Positions 1-14,853 of a stretch of DNA of 64,000 nt are shown in pieces. Position 1 is the stretch's first letter, and each line of letters starts with the position of its first letter. The notes below the pieces were generated by a model, which saw only the letters and a list, made by a program, of their open reading frames with translations, had not been told where the DNA came from and did not search any database. Origin of the DNA: Dimorphilus gyrociliatus (lineage: Eukaryota; Animalia; Annelida); contig CAJFCJ010000031.1 in assembly GCA_904063045.1 (NCBI GenBank), forward strand, positions 186,001-250,000. The letters run 5' to 3'. The position numbers were made by a program, and so were the translations under genes.

Positions 1-3000
1 CGGATGAAGAGGATGAAGAAAACGTCATTAAAAAACTTGCTAAGCAGGTAACCTTGAAACAGTGTAATGAAGTCTTTATTAACTGATTTTGTCTGATTAT
101 GAGTGTTATCTTTTTTTCCTTCTTCTCCGTAATTGCTTTTTATCAAAATTGTCTTTGTTTACAATTTTGATATATTTTTAAATATTTAACAGAATATAGG
201 TGATATTTCTCCTCCTGCTTTACCATCTCAACCTCCTCCGATACCGCCCTCATCTCCTCCACCATTGGACGATAATCGTCCACCTTCCCTGTCTAAGGGA
301 TTTTCACCGATGAATATCCCATCTGTTGATGAGGAAGAGGAACCGTCACCATATCGTAGTGGACCACCACCATTGGCCGATGAAGAAGTATTCTCAGAGG
401 AGGAGGAACACAAGTTTGAAATAAAAGAATATCAGAAAAGTGAACAGAAATTTATTCCGGAAGATGTTGAAACTATGTCAAGAGTTATACACGATTTAGA
501 GGAAAAAGATGTTGAAAAAGAGGAAATAATTGATGCATCGACGGTTGCCACAATTGATGATTCTGAAACACCTTCCATACGCGTTCAAGGATTGTCAGAT
601 AACCAGAATGCTCAAGATGACGACAGACAGCACGATTTTGATGATGAAGATATAGTGGAAGATAATGACAGTTCGGCAGTTAAAACCGATGATGACGAAA
701 GTGACGCTAATGCAGAGGATAACAAGGTTTAACCCAATTATCCCTTGATTAAGCTTTATCCTGTTTTTTTTAGCTTGAATAATTAGATGACCTCGTTATA
801 TTTTCTTTTTATAATTAGCATCTTTATACACCAATATTTTTTATTTATTCTCTCTTCTCTTTCTTCCTCATTAAAGTTAAGAGATACGGTTGTAAATGGT
901 AAACAAGGAGACAAAGTTCATGAAAATGGGCTAAAACTAGAGAAAGAACAGGAAAGAAAACAAGAAATTAACGAAGATATAGAAAAAGAAGAACTAACAA
1001 AAGAAAGAGAAGATTGCAAACTAAACAAAGAAGAAGAGAGCGAACAATTAGCAATTGATGAAACACAACAAAACGAAATGTCCAATCTATTGGATAAACC
1101 GGATTGTAAAGGAGAAAATGTTGTTCCCATGGAAACCAGTTTAAGTGAAGATAAGTGTTCAGAGTTATCAAATGTAAGGAATTTGCAACGATCATATAAC
1201 AATCAATCGTTAATACCGAAATAAATTCTTTTCTCACTCACTTTTCTCTTTATCAGAGCGACGTCAGCCAAGAAAAGAATGATCACGAACTAACCAGTAG
1301 TCGTGATGATGATTCTCACAACGGTAGCCTTGAAACTTCGTCTTGCCTCAATTCTACTGTGGAGGTTTGTTATCCTTTCTTTATCTATCTATCTATCTAT
1401 ATATCTATCTATTTATATATAGTATATCTTTATTTCTGTCTTTTTTTAAAACTGCCAAAACTCTCTTTATCTTTATACAAATCGAAGCAGCAATGATGTT
1501 CCGGTAGGGCGGTGTGCCTTATCTTTTCTATAGAACTAGAATCATTACTAATAATACTAGGTGTGAATGATATAATGCAGTAAGAATTTCATTTATTCCT
1601 ACTAAAAATAAATTAAAAAAATACGCTTTTCCTTCCTTTTTTTGCTGTGAATTTGAAGTATCATTCTCCTCTTGTATAATAATTCTTTCCTTTTTCAGTC
1701 TTCCAAGCAAGGAGACTCTTCCATTGATGATATAAAAGTCAGTATTTTGTTTCTTCTCTTAGCAAGATATTAAAGCTTTTTTTTCTTTTGCTTAAGATTA
1801 CTTCCCCATTATTGAATTTAACGGCTGAAAAGGCCAGAGCTTCATTGAGGTTACCTGGAAGGAAAAAACCTACCCGTGCCTCTGTTGCAACGGGTACCGT
1901 TTTTAGCACTGTTGATATAAATTTAAATGATAAGCTTCCCAAAACCGAAAACGATATCAAAGCTAATGGCCATGATAGTGAACCCGTTAAGAAACAGAAG
2001 CCTAAACTGCCACCAGGAGCCGTTCCAATACCGTACATACCCCCAAAACCCAAAGATGATACCCCGCCGAAGTTGAAAGCAACGAAATTTGGAGTACCAA
2101 TCATGCCCATGTCTATGTCGGCTACTATTGCATCAGCTGTAAAAGAGAAGGTAACAAAAGCCGAAGCAGTCGAGGAGCAGGAGACAAGTAAGAACAATGA
2201 AGATAAACAAACCTTCATAAAAACAGACGACATCGAAAAAATAATCAAGAAAAATAACACAAACGACAATCATTCTGGATCCCCATTACCTTCTTCAGTA
2301 AGCTTATAACAAGTTTTTTGAGAGCCCTTAATAGTTGACTCTATCAAATTTTTTTTAGAAACCAGTCCCAGCACCTCGTCGACCGAAGCCCGTTTTAAGG
2401 AATGTTTCTCAAGAGGAGGCAAATTCTAGCGTTCCAGCTTGGCAATCTTCTTTGAGGCCGCGTCCTGTTGTTGCACCTAAACCTGTGTCTAGAAAAGATG
2501 AACAACCAGCTTGGATGCAAAAGGCTAAAGAGGTGGCTGATCGAAAATCTGCGATTATTACGGACACAACTGATACAAGTGCCAATGGAAGTAACCAACC
2601 CGTTTTCAAATCGGAAGTAAAGGAAAATACAACAGAGAAACCCCAATGGTTAAAGGAATTAGCTAAAAGGCGCGTCAGTAAGCCACAAATTATGGAAAAA
2701 TCAAAGACTGAAGGTAATCTAGACTTGAATAGATTTGCATCTTATAAATTGATAATTTAAAAAATTTTCTCTTATGTAGACCAAGAGGACGAACTGCAAA
2801 AAGAATTTAAAATGAGAAGACAGAGGGTTAAGGAGAAAAGTAAGTATATGGGAGTCTAGTAACCATTTAAAATTAATTATCCGAGTTCAGAATATACAAC
2901 CAAAGCGTTTTCTTTTTATCTAAAAATATTTTAGTGAATATTAATGTAAAACTTACGTTCAGTTAGAAAATATAGTGCCACTAAAAGGCCATCAATAGAT

Positions 3001-3280
3001 GAAGGTTTATTGGAAGGTGAACATTTGGATGATCGAGACGAGGAGATTCAAAATATAAATGAGGTTAACTATCCTCATCTTACGGCTGTTTCTTGCTTAA
3101 AATCAATTAACTAATAATGATGCTTTTAAGCTTAACCGCTAATTTTTTTTAGAACATTAACCATTTCCAATGCTAGAAAAAGCTATACTATTCAATTAAT
3201 TAAAATTGCCTTTTACAGTAGCAGCAAGGAGACAAAGCATGCAATGAAAAGATGGACGAAGAAAAATGTGATTTTATAAA
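1..3280 (+). CDS. 3' part of a multi-exon, acidic/proline-rich disordered protein with a capping-protein-interaction (CPI)-like motif; KIAA1671/CRACD/TNKS1BP1-like, tentative. 5' end lies outside the window; last exons and stop uncertain
   Basis: In-frame GT-AG exons at 1-47, 193-726, 877-1173, 1258-1363, ~1699-1737, 1798-2295, ~2360-2713, with smaller exons to ~3280. Motifs LLNLTAEKARASLRLPGRKKPTR (1809-1880) and repeated P-x-W segments (PAWQSSLRP, PAWMQKAK, PQWLKELAKRR). Confidence 0.55.
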
Positions 3281-3823
3281 ATAACATTTTGCTAACTTGT
3301 TCATAAACTGCTGTTATTGTGCAAAAAAAAGAAAAAATTGTGCTTTACCTGTTTTCGTAAAGATTTATTGTTCAACGTCAATTACTAGCATGTAATAGAT
3401 ATACAATGAACAAAATAAGACATGCAAATCACTTTTTTTCGAACAGTACACTCAAGTTTAAAATTTGACTGATAAATAATGTTTATAGCATGGATCTTAC
3501 AAGGCAAAATAAAATTGAACTTGAAAAAACAATTCAGTGTCAACAGCTCCGGCTAAAAATAAAATAAAATAACGTTGACCTGACGAAAAGTAATGGCACA
3601 TCTTTTAGACGTTGCTTATAACTTTCGATTGTCATTCTTAAACGCGACCGTTCATAATGGATAAAGTTTAGTTGATAACATCATTATCATATAATATCTA
3701 GTAAGTGGAAAAACATGCGCATTATGCGCAACCCTCACCATTTAAAACAAAATTAAGAACGCACGGTAAATGATCATTCGATGAAACAGAAGGTCATAAA
3801 CAAAAGTGCTAAGGTTAATACAC

Positions 3824-5969
3824 TCAATGAAAAACAGCTGGTGAGTTAGAAAGAATAACGTTGCTAGGATAATTTCGGGAATTTCTCATCAACGGTTTGT
3901 GAGATCTAAAAGCATCTAAAGCATGCTGCCATTGCCAGCAGTTGCGACAAAAGTATCTAAAACAAGACAAATCACGGCAAAAGTATGGACCGGATTGTAT
4001 GGTACAAATTGTACAGAGAGAGTCCTCTAAGTATGGATCAATTTGAACCTTTTTGGTAAATTTCGTCGTCTTAATTTCAACAAATGCAGCAGTAACTGCC
4101 TTCAAATACGACTTCATAGTTCCGAAAGTAACTCTTCCCGATCCAATTGGATATTTATGTTTGTCAGTGTCTATTCCCGTGTAAACAACGTTACCAAATA
4201 GGTCGTTCATTACATGGGCTAGACCTAAAAAGAATTCAAAATTGATTTTAACATGTGATAATATAAAAGAAAATAAATTAAATTATTTGTAAATTATTTA
4301 AAAATGACAATTTACCTTCAGCATTAATCATTCCATGAAGAGCGCCAACAAAAACCGTCTTACTTGGATCTAATCTTTGAGATGGTTGCTTAACATGATT
4401 TGAATCAGACAAAACCCAGGGTATTATTTGAACTTCCTTGGATCTCATTCTCCTCGAAGAAATTCTTATATAATATTCTCCTTGTGAATAATCTTGTGCA
4501 CTTGAAGTTAACAATGCGTGAACAGATTTTTCGTTTTCGAAGAGAATATATACATATCCAGCTTTAGCACTACGAGTTTGAATTCCGGTAGCACCGTCTT
4601 TGGTGGTTGGCCACTCAATCTTCATATTTCCGTAATTCTTAAAAGTTGCATATAAATTTTCTTCAGTTATATCCCATGGGACACCGCCTAGAAAGACTTT
4701 ACAACTGTAAATAGGATTCTTATGAGATTTAGGAGGTAAATGACCACTCCAAGTACAAGTTGGTTCCATAACATTTGCAGCACTTCGATACATTTTTGCT
4801 GCTTTTTCAATTGAATAGGAATCTGTTGTTGTTGGGGATGGGTTAATCAATTGATTAATCGATAAGGGAATCTTGTCGTCCTTCGGTGAAAATATTTTAC
4901 CATTCTCGGTCTGAATACCGAGCATTTGTTTCATAACGTTCACATTAAAAGAAGGTGAATGAGGTGATGTTGGGGAAGGTGTAGCGGGACCCTGGAAAAG
5001 AGCAGATGGAAGATGAGCTGCATACGGATTAGGACCTGGTGATAGTGCAGCCAAGTGCGGATGAGCCTGGGCAAATGCCTGATGAGCTAATAATAGTTGT
5101 TGCTCAGAAGTCAATGGTGGTGGGCGTGTCAGTCCCATTGTACGTGGATCTTTCATCAAATTCAGTTGTGTCATGAACTTTCTCAGAGCAATAGATTCAC
5201 TGCCTTCACTTGAGCTACTTATACCCGACTCGGATTCCGGAGAAAATCTTTTATCATTTGAATTTCTTCGATCGCCCGACTTCGGTGGATCTACGTTAAC
5301 AGGTGGTGGCTTTGGTGGACCACTACGAATTTAAAGGAATAGTTTCAACTATTGTTTAGAATCTTATGCTTTAAAATATATACTTTAAATCTGACACGGC
5401 TATCTCTTCAGGAATTGTATCAGATGAGGAACCGCGTCCGTAAATTGGTCTACCCTTTCTTGGGGTTGTCTCTGTCGAACAATCCTCAACTTCAGAGGAG
5501 CTTTTTGAAGTCGGCCTATCTTCCTCCTTAGTTACTTCTATTTCTTTTATGTTTTCTGAAAGATTTTCAATCTGAAAAAATTTTTGTTGAGAAAATAAAT
5601 CACTTACCTTCTTTTAAATTTTCTTTGTTTATAGAATCAACAACGAGTTTTAAACGTAGCTCTTCTTCCGTTAGAGATTCTTTTTTTGAGGCTGCAAATA
5701 AAAAGCAAAACGATAACAATGTACTCTTAAATCGATCGATCATAGACCGAATTTTTCGCCACGATTACCATTTTTCTGACCATTTGAACTTATTTCCAAT
5801 GACTCTATCAGATTGCACAGTTTTTCCTCGTTGCTTTCTTCTTGTTCATTAGGGGTGCTGATGATAACAGCAGGGGGTGTTGGCGCTATTCTTTCTTCGA
5901 CTTCCTATGTAAACAATCAACACTTGTTGACAAATCTAGTAAATCACAACTTTCCGTCCTTACCGTCAT
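3824..5969 (-). CDS. CPEB1: Cytoplasmic polyadenylation element-binding protein, CPEB1/orb type (~601 aa; two RRMs plus ZZ zinc domain)
   Basis: Exons 5964-5969 (ATG ACG), 5769-5904, 5608-5691, 5384-5555, 4316-5322 and 3824-4224 have consistent phases. Contains [38 protein letters not shown] and [21 protein letters not shown], typical of CPEB1. Confidence 0.93.
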
Positions 5970-7362
5970 ATTTATATTAAAGACAAAACTACGGTTATTC
6001 TAATTGGATAAAATACCACGTGCTCTTCCTTCGAGAAAGTTAGAATGACTAAAGATTTGAGGTTGTTTAGAACTTTTATAATCTAATAAAAAGACGAGTA
6101 GTTTTCAAGTCCAGGTCTTAACACTACTCAGTTTGAGTAGTTGTAACGCACGCTGAAAAAAACGACATTTGAGATATAATAATTAATGATAAAATTCGCC
6201 CCCTAAAAAGGTTCTAAAATATTTTCACGTGATTACTTTAGAACAAATATACACGTGGTCATTATTTAAAGCATTTTTCAAAGTCAAATATCATTTCTAA
6301 ACAGAATTCTTAAGGAAAATCCTGGAGATACTTTAGTTTAATGAGCTGACCGAAAGTATGCACATTCTAACATTTAAATTGCCTCGAAAATTTTGCTCAC
6401 AAAAATAATGCTAAATATTCTATTAATTATAAATTATTAAACATACAAATTACATAAAATAAATTTTTATTTACAGAGAATTGCAGAGATTTTTTCGATG
6501 TGACACTAGCTAAAATGTTCCAAAACACTTACAAAAAAATTATACACGTGTCTTTTTTTTTTAACATGAAAAAATTTCAGTATTTAAAATATAATTGCAA
6601 AAAAGGATAAGCTGGTTTTAGAAATACATATAATTCTGAAGACTTTTCAATATAAATGCAAGTTTCATTCTCCGAATTTATTAATTCTTTTAATGTTCTT
6701 CTTAAATATCTCAGAAATTTCTTGTTAATTCCTCAATATTAAATTCAAATTTGCTTACTAATTACTTAAATTAGTAATAGATAAGTTAAAACTTTTAAAA
6801 AATGAGTAAGAAATAAGAAAAACTAACGTAAAATACCTGAACAAGAGAAGAGAACCGGCTTCACCAAGAAAATTCGCAGAAGTGCCGGAGCTCAAAATTG
6901 CGTGGGACATTGAAAGTACTCAAGAATGATTGTGGAATATCACGTGACAGATTTTTACGAAATTGTTACAAAAATGCCTCAAAAGTAACATTTTAAACGA
7001 AAAAGAAACAAATATTAATTGTAAAGAGTAATAACATAGTATCATTTTAAGTTTTTATAGGGAAATGTTTTAGAAAACAACATTCTTTTTTTGGAATTTA
7101 TAAAAAGAACTTTAATTCTTATACTTTCCAGCAAAGTTAGCTAAATAAATTAAAATTTGTAAACTTTTCTTACAAATAAGATTATAAAAAGCTATTACAA
7201 GTTACTTTATTGACTTGTTGATAATTAACACACATTAATTAAGCAAATAATCAAACTTACTTGATAAGTTGAGTCCCGCGTCTGGCACTTGGAGTTCACC
7301 GGATATGAGTGAATGAAAACTGGTAGATAGGTTGCAGACGAATTTTGGCAAAAAAGTTAAAC

Positions 7363-9621
7363 ATGCTTTCCGCTGAATTGAAGAAAGAAAAGGCTATTAA
7401 TCCCTTAGATAAATTAACAATTGGTCTAAATATTTCTCCAATCGATATAAACCAACCTGAAGAAGTGGAGGTAATATAAAAAATTTAAATTTGTATGCCA
7501 AACTAGTATTATTGATCTTCAGATTCAATTCCAATCGAATCAAGCAAACACAATCACAAAAAAAGAAAAAACTTATGGCAAACTTTTAGCAAAGCAGAGA
7601 AAACGATGGACAGCATTCGATGAAGGTTAATGACGTTAAAAATTTGTATTAACTAAAAGTTAAAATTATTTATTAAATAGATTTACCATATGAACTCCTA
7701 AAAAATGATGGGTCAGAAAGTACTAGCGAAAGCGAAGATGAAGAAGATAGCATAACAATTTTAAAGAATATGAAATCCGCTATTCAAAATGGAAATAAAG
7801 AAAAAAAGAAGACAAATTCAAGTAAAACAAAAATGTCTTTTTCAAAATTACTAGCTCAAAGACAAGATAATGTAATCTTTCTTTTTTTCGTTATTGCCGT
7901 TTTAAATTACCGTTATCCTCACTAGATTAATTTATTCCGCAAAAATCACGGAATTACTATTGGTGGAGAAGTTGTTCCAGAACCAATTCAAAATTGGAAT
8001 GATCTACAAAAGCAATATAAAATAAATTATAATTTATTAGAAAATATTTTGAAGAGTGGTTATGAATTGCCTACTCCTGTTCAAATGCAAGCAATTCCGG
8101 CCATGATTGAAGTGATTGAATATTTTTTAATCTTTATTATGACTTTATTAAATGATTTTTTTTTGTAGAGACATGAAGTTCTAGCTTGTGCTCCCACTGG
8201 ATCTGGAAAAACTATGGCCTTCATTATACCGTTAATTCACTATATACTAACAACGTCACCCAAATGGAAAAATAAACAAAGTTCCAAAACAGAAAAAATA
8301 AAAGGCTGTTTAGTTAGATGCTTGGTACTAGCTCCAACTAAAGAATTGGCTCAACAAGTAATGTAACAGTCATTTACTCTAATATCAATATTTATTTATG
8401 TAACTTTTGTTAAAATAGACATATAAGGAAGCACTTAAGTTAACAGTGAACTTGGAAATTGAGTGTACATCACTAGATGATTACGGAGAATCTTCGAAGA
8501 CTCGCGCTGATTTATTGGTAGCAACTCCTAATAAACTATTAGAATTATTGAAGTCTTCAAAACATAAAATCAACCTATCGCACGTCGAATGGATTATTTT
8601 GGATGAAAGCGACAGATTGATGGAGGAAGGTATAAATGCCGAGAGGGTAGGCTTTAGACAGCAAATAAAATCTGTATTGGATTACTGCGGACAAGCTGAT
8701 AATAAGAATAGCCATTTGAGACGAGCTATGTTCAGCGCTACGCTAACAGAATTAGTTTATCAGTGGGCTATGCAGGAATTTAAAGATGTTGTAAATGTAA
8801 GGGTAGGAGCTAAAAATACTGCCGTGACTAGTGTAAAACAAACTCTTAAATATTGTGGTAATGAAGATGGTAAAGTTTTGGCTATTAGAGACTTATTGTC
8901 AAATATTGTTGATAAGCCGACTTTGATATTTGTTCAGTCTCAGAAAAGATCTAAGGAGCTATGGCAGCGTTTAATGATACATAAGGGTGTTCCTGTTGGG
9001 GTAATGCATGGCGGTATGACGCAGAAATCAAGGGCTTTAGCTTTGGATTTGCTTAAAGAAAGAAAACTAGCTGCACTAATTTGCACTGACTTGATGGCGA
9101 GGGGAATTGATGTTGATTGCATTAAATTAATCATCAACTACGATTTTCCTCAATCTGCTTTATCTTATATTCATCGAATCGGTAGGACCGGTCGAGCGGG
9201 ACGAACCGGAGAAGCTATTACATTTTTTACCGACTCTGACCGTACCCTATTACGAACGTAAATTTTTTAAATTTTATCTCCCATTTTATAATTAACCTTG
9301 TTCATATTACAGAATAGCAACAGTAATGAAGGAGTCTGGATGTGAAGTTTCGCAATATTTACTAGAGTTGAAGAAAGCTTCTAGACAGGACAAAAGGAAA
9401 ATATCTAAATCCGCTCCGCGACGAGAGAAGATTCAAGAACCACAAGCAAGTATACAAGTTCAACAAAAGAAAAAGTTTGTATTATATTTTTACCTGATTA
9501 TTCATTATCATTATGACTGAAATATTATGTCTATTATGATTTTAGAATAAAACCAAAAAAACGAAAAGCTACAGAAACTGAAAAACAAAAAGGAAAAACT
9601 AAGAAGCAAAGAAAACGCTAA
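7363..9621 (+). CDS. DDX52: DEAD-box RNA helicase DDX52/ROK1-like
   Basis: Q motif GYELPTPVQMQAIP, Walker A CAPTGSGKT, LDESD, FSAT, HRIGRTGRAG, and a basic C-terminal tail. ATG 7363, TAA 9619-9621, about 8 exons. Confidence 0.9.
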
Positions 9622-9688
9622 ACAAACTAAAAATTTTCTATTTATAATTCTTCATTTTCTAACTTTGTTAAATATATTTACTTGTTTT

Positions 9689-11880
9689 TTAAATCGTAGA
9701 AGTAATTAAAGTAGTAACTACTGGCATAGTTTGACTAGTGTTGTAACTAACTGTACTATTTATTGGAGTGGGCCATTGTGGTTGATTGATTGTGATTCGA
9801 ACAAAAATTCCAGCAGCTAAGAAAAATATTAATATAAGTGCAGTAATTGTCCTATAGAAGACAATCTCCATCCAACGTACACCGTTGGTAATTTCTGAAT
9901 CAGTTCTACCTCTTATCGAAACAGATGAGAGAACTCCTCTGCCTGATGGTGCTGGAAGAGAAGTTCTTCTTTGCTTCTCCAATAGCGGTTGACTCTCTTC
10001 GTCAATATCCTCAAGAGGCTTTGTAATACCAGCTCGAATCAATGCAAGTTCAACTTGTTTCTCCCAATTAGTACATTGAATAATGCCAAAAAGGATTGTT
10101 GATTGTACAATTAAGTTAGCGGCAAGAGACCACCAATATCCAGCTCCCCTTAATTTCGTTAAAAACATAAGAGGTATACCCAGAGGTAAACTAAAAAGAT
10201 AGTAGTTACAAAACAGCATAATAGCTCCGATAATCTGACGCCCAGTACCGTATAAAACTCCTTTACAAACCGTCTTAAAATTAGAAAGAAAGGCAGGTAA
10301 GGCGATAGATTACATTACTAAAAATTCTATAACTCACCGCCATTCCATCAAAAAACATGTATAACGCAACAATCGGTAAAAGTTGACCAACCATCTTAGC
10401 AACCTCTCTGTTTTGAATGTACTCTTTTCAATATTATATTTAAAGAATTTAATGATCAAACTTACTCCACATTTGTAAAAATGTACGGCAATTTAAAACG
10501 GGCAGCCACGAAGACTATGGCCATTAAAATTGAGGCAAAAACTGTTTAAATAGAGATATTTTATTTTTGTTTGAAATTTAATCAATTTTATCATTATATT
10601 TAAAGATAATACAAAAAATTGTCTACAAACCGACTATAGTCATTGCAACTCTGCCAGTAGTTTTTGCATTTAGGGCTTTACCTGCTCCAAGATATTGACC
10701 AACTCGTATGGAACATGCGATTTGTAAGCCCAAAGGTAATTGAAACCATAATGAGTCAATATTTAGTACAACCGATTGAGCGCCCAGATCAGCTTTTCCC
10801 AATAAACCCGTTAAAAATATTCCTATTTCGAAAGCCCACCATTCCAAGCACATCATTAACATTCCAGGAATCATCAATTTTGCAAATTCTCCCCAATGAA
10901 ACCATGCTTCGATTGTGAAACCATCCCATGTAGGTTTATAGATACCGGAGAGTAGAATGAAGGAGAATGTGAGCACGAAGAAGAGGAAATAAGAAACGGA
11001 TTGCGATATTGCAGATCCGCTATAAAACAGCAATAATTTACTTCTAAAGATAATTTATATATATAAATAAGATATTTACTCGGTTCCCCAATCAAGTTTA
11101 TATAAAAATACATAGTGCATTATAGCATTTGCCGCATTCACAAACAAACCAATAATAACGTTTGGTAGAATAATATTCTGACTTGTTAAATATTTAGCTA
11201 ATACCAAATACCAAAAGAAGCACTACATGAGAAAAACAAAAAAAACAAAGAAGAGAATGTTTATCTGATCTCATATCAAATCTTAAGTTGTTGTTATGTA
11301 TGCACTAATTTCTATTTATACTACTTACTATTGCGCCTGGTATAAAATAAAGTAAATATCTTCCAGCTAGAATGGCAACATCCGGTTCTTGACCAAGTAA
11401 ATAGAGTATACTCGTTAAGTTAATGTGAACGGCAATAATAGGAAATAAGCATAACGTAAAGAGCATAAATGCTCTTTGCAAATAGATCCCCAAACGTTTT
11501 TTATTCTCACTGCCAAAAGTTTGAGAGAAGAATGTGTCACATGCCGTTCCTAAACCAGTGCCAACAGACACGACAGTAACGTTTATCATCTACAATTGGG
11601 AATATTAATAATAAAAACAGAAGGAAAGAGAAAGGAGATAAATACATTTAAAAGTTGTATAATTCATAGATTGTACTTAAAATCATAGTATTAAAAATAT
11701 TATTACACTTATTCCTAAAGCTGCTCCATCGAGCTTTGTAGGATCTTTTAAGTGACCACAAAATATAAGTGATATTGGTCCTAAAATCATCTGACTTATC
11801 TGAATAAGAATTATTGGTATAGCGAGTTTGAGTGTATGTTTCATTTCTTCTTTAAAACCGGTCGGAAAAGCTTTACCCAT
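9689..11880 (-). CDS. SLC47A1: Multidrug and toxin extrusion (MATE/SLC47A-like) transporter; may have a short extra N-terminal exon up to ~12011
   Basis: Exonic segments TLKLAIPIILIQISQM, GTGLGTACDTFFSQTFG, WGEFAKLMIPGMLMMCLEWWAFEIG, QLPLGLQIACSIRVGQYLGAG and LGIPLMFLTKLRGAGYWW are characteristic of eukaryotic MATE proteins. Confidence 0.9.
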
Positions 11881-12299
11881 ACATCCTTTCTTAACAACTT
11901 CTTCACTTTCTTTATGAAGAATTAGTACTCAATTTTAATTACTCTTTTCAACAATTCAATAAAAATTTACAAACCGTCACTTATAGAGAGATATTGGTTC
12001 TTAAACGTCATTTTAATTGTTCACTTCTACCAACTGACTACTATTAGTACGTATTATCTCTAATCACTATCGATAAATCAGCTGATAAAAAATTATTTAA
12101 ATATAGTCAAAGGTCGTTTCAATATTCCTCCTACATTTATTAATCTCACACAAAAGTGAAAAAAATGACACTTAAAAAAAAAATCAATAATTATTCAGTA
12201 CGAAAACTTAGTACTGAGTACAATTAAATTTGTTAAAAGCATGATATGAATAAAAACAAAAAAAAACCAAAAAAAAAACAAACAAAGAGAGAAATATTT

Positions 12300-14853
<2,554 letters not shown>

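Noticed and set aside
228-1237. Antisense ORFs (228-413, 918-1202, 968-1237) and similar shadows at 1739-2269, 2395-2646, 8940-9137, 13488-13673, 40834-41106 and 45407-45691
   Set aside because: Shadow ORFs on the opposite strand of real exons, with biased compositions and no independent signals.
5572-5607. Apparent 36-nt CPEB intron
   Set aside because: That acceptor gives an immediate stop. The acceptor at 5556-5558 (52-nt intron) keeps the frame.
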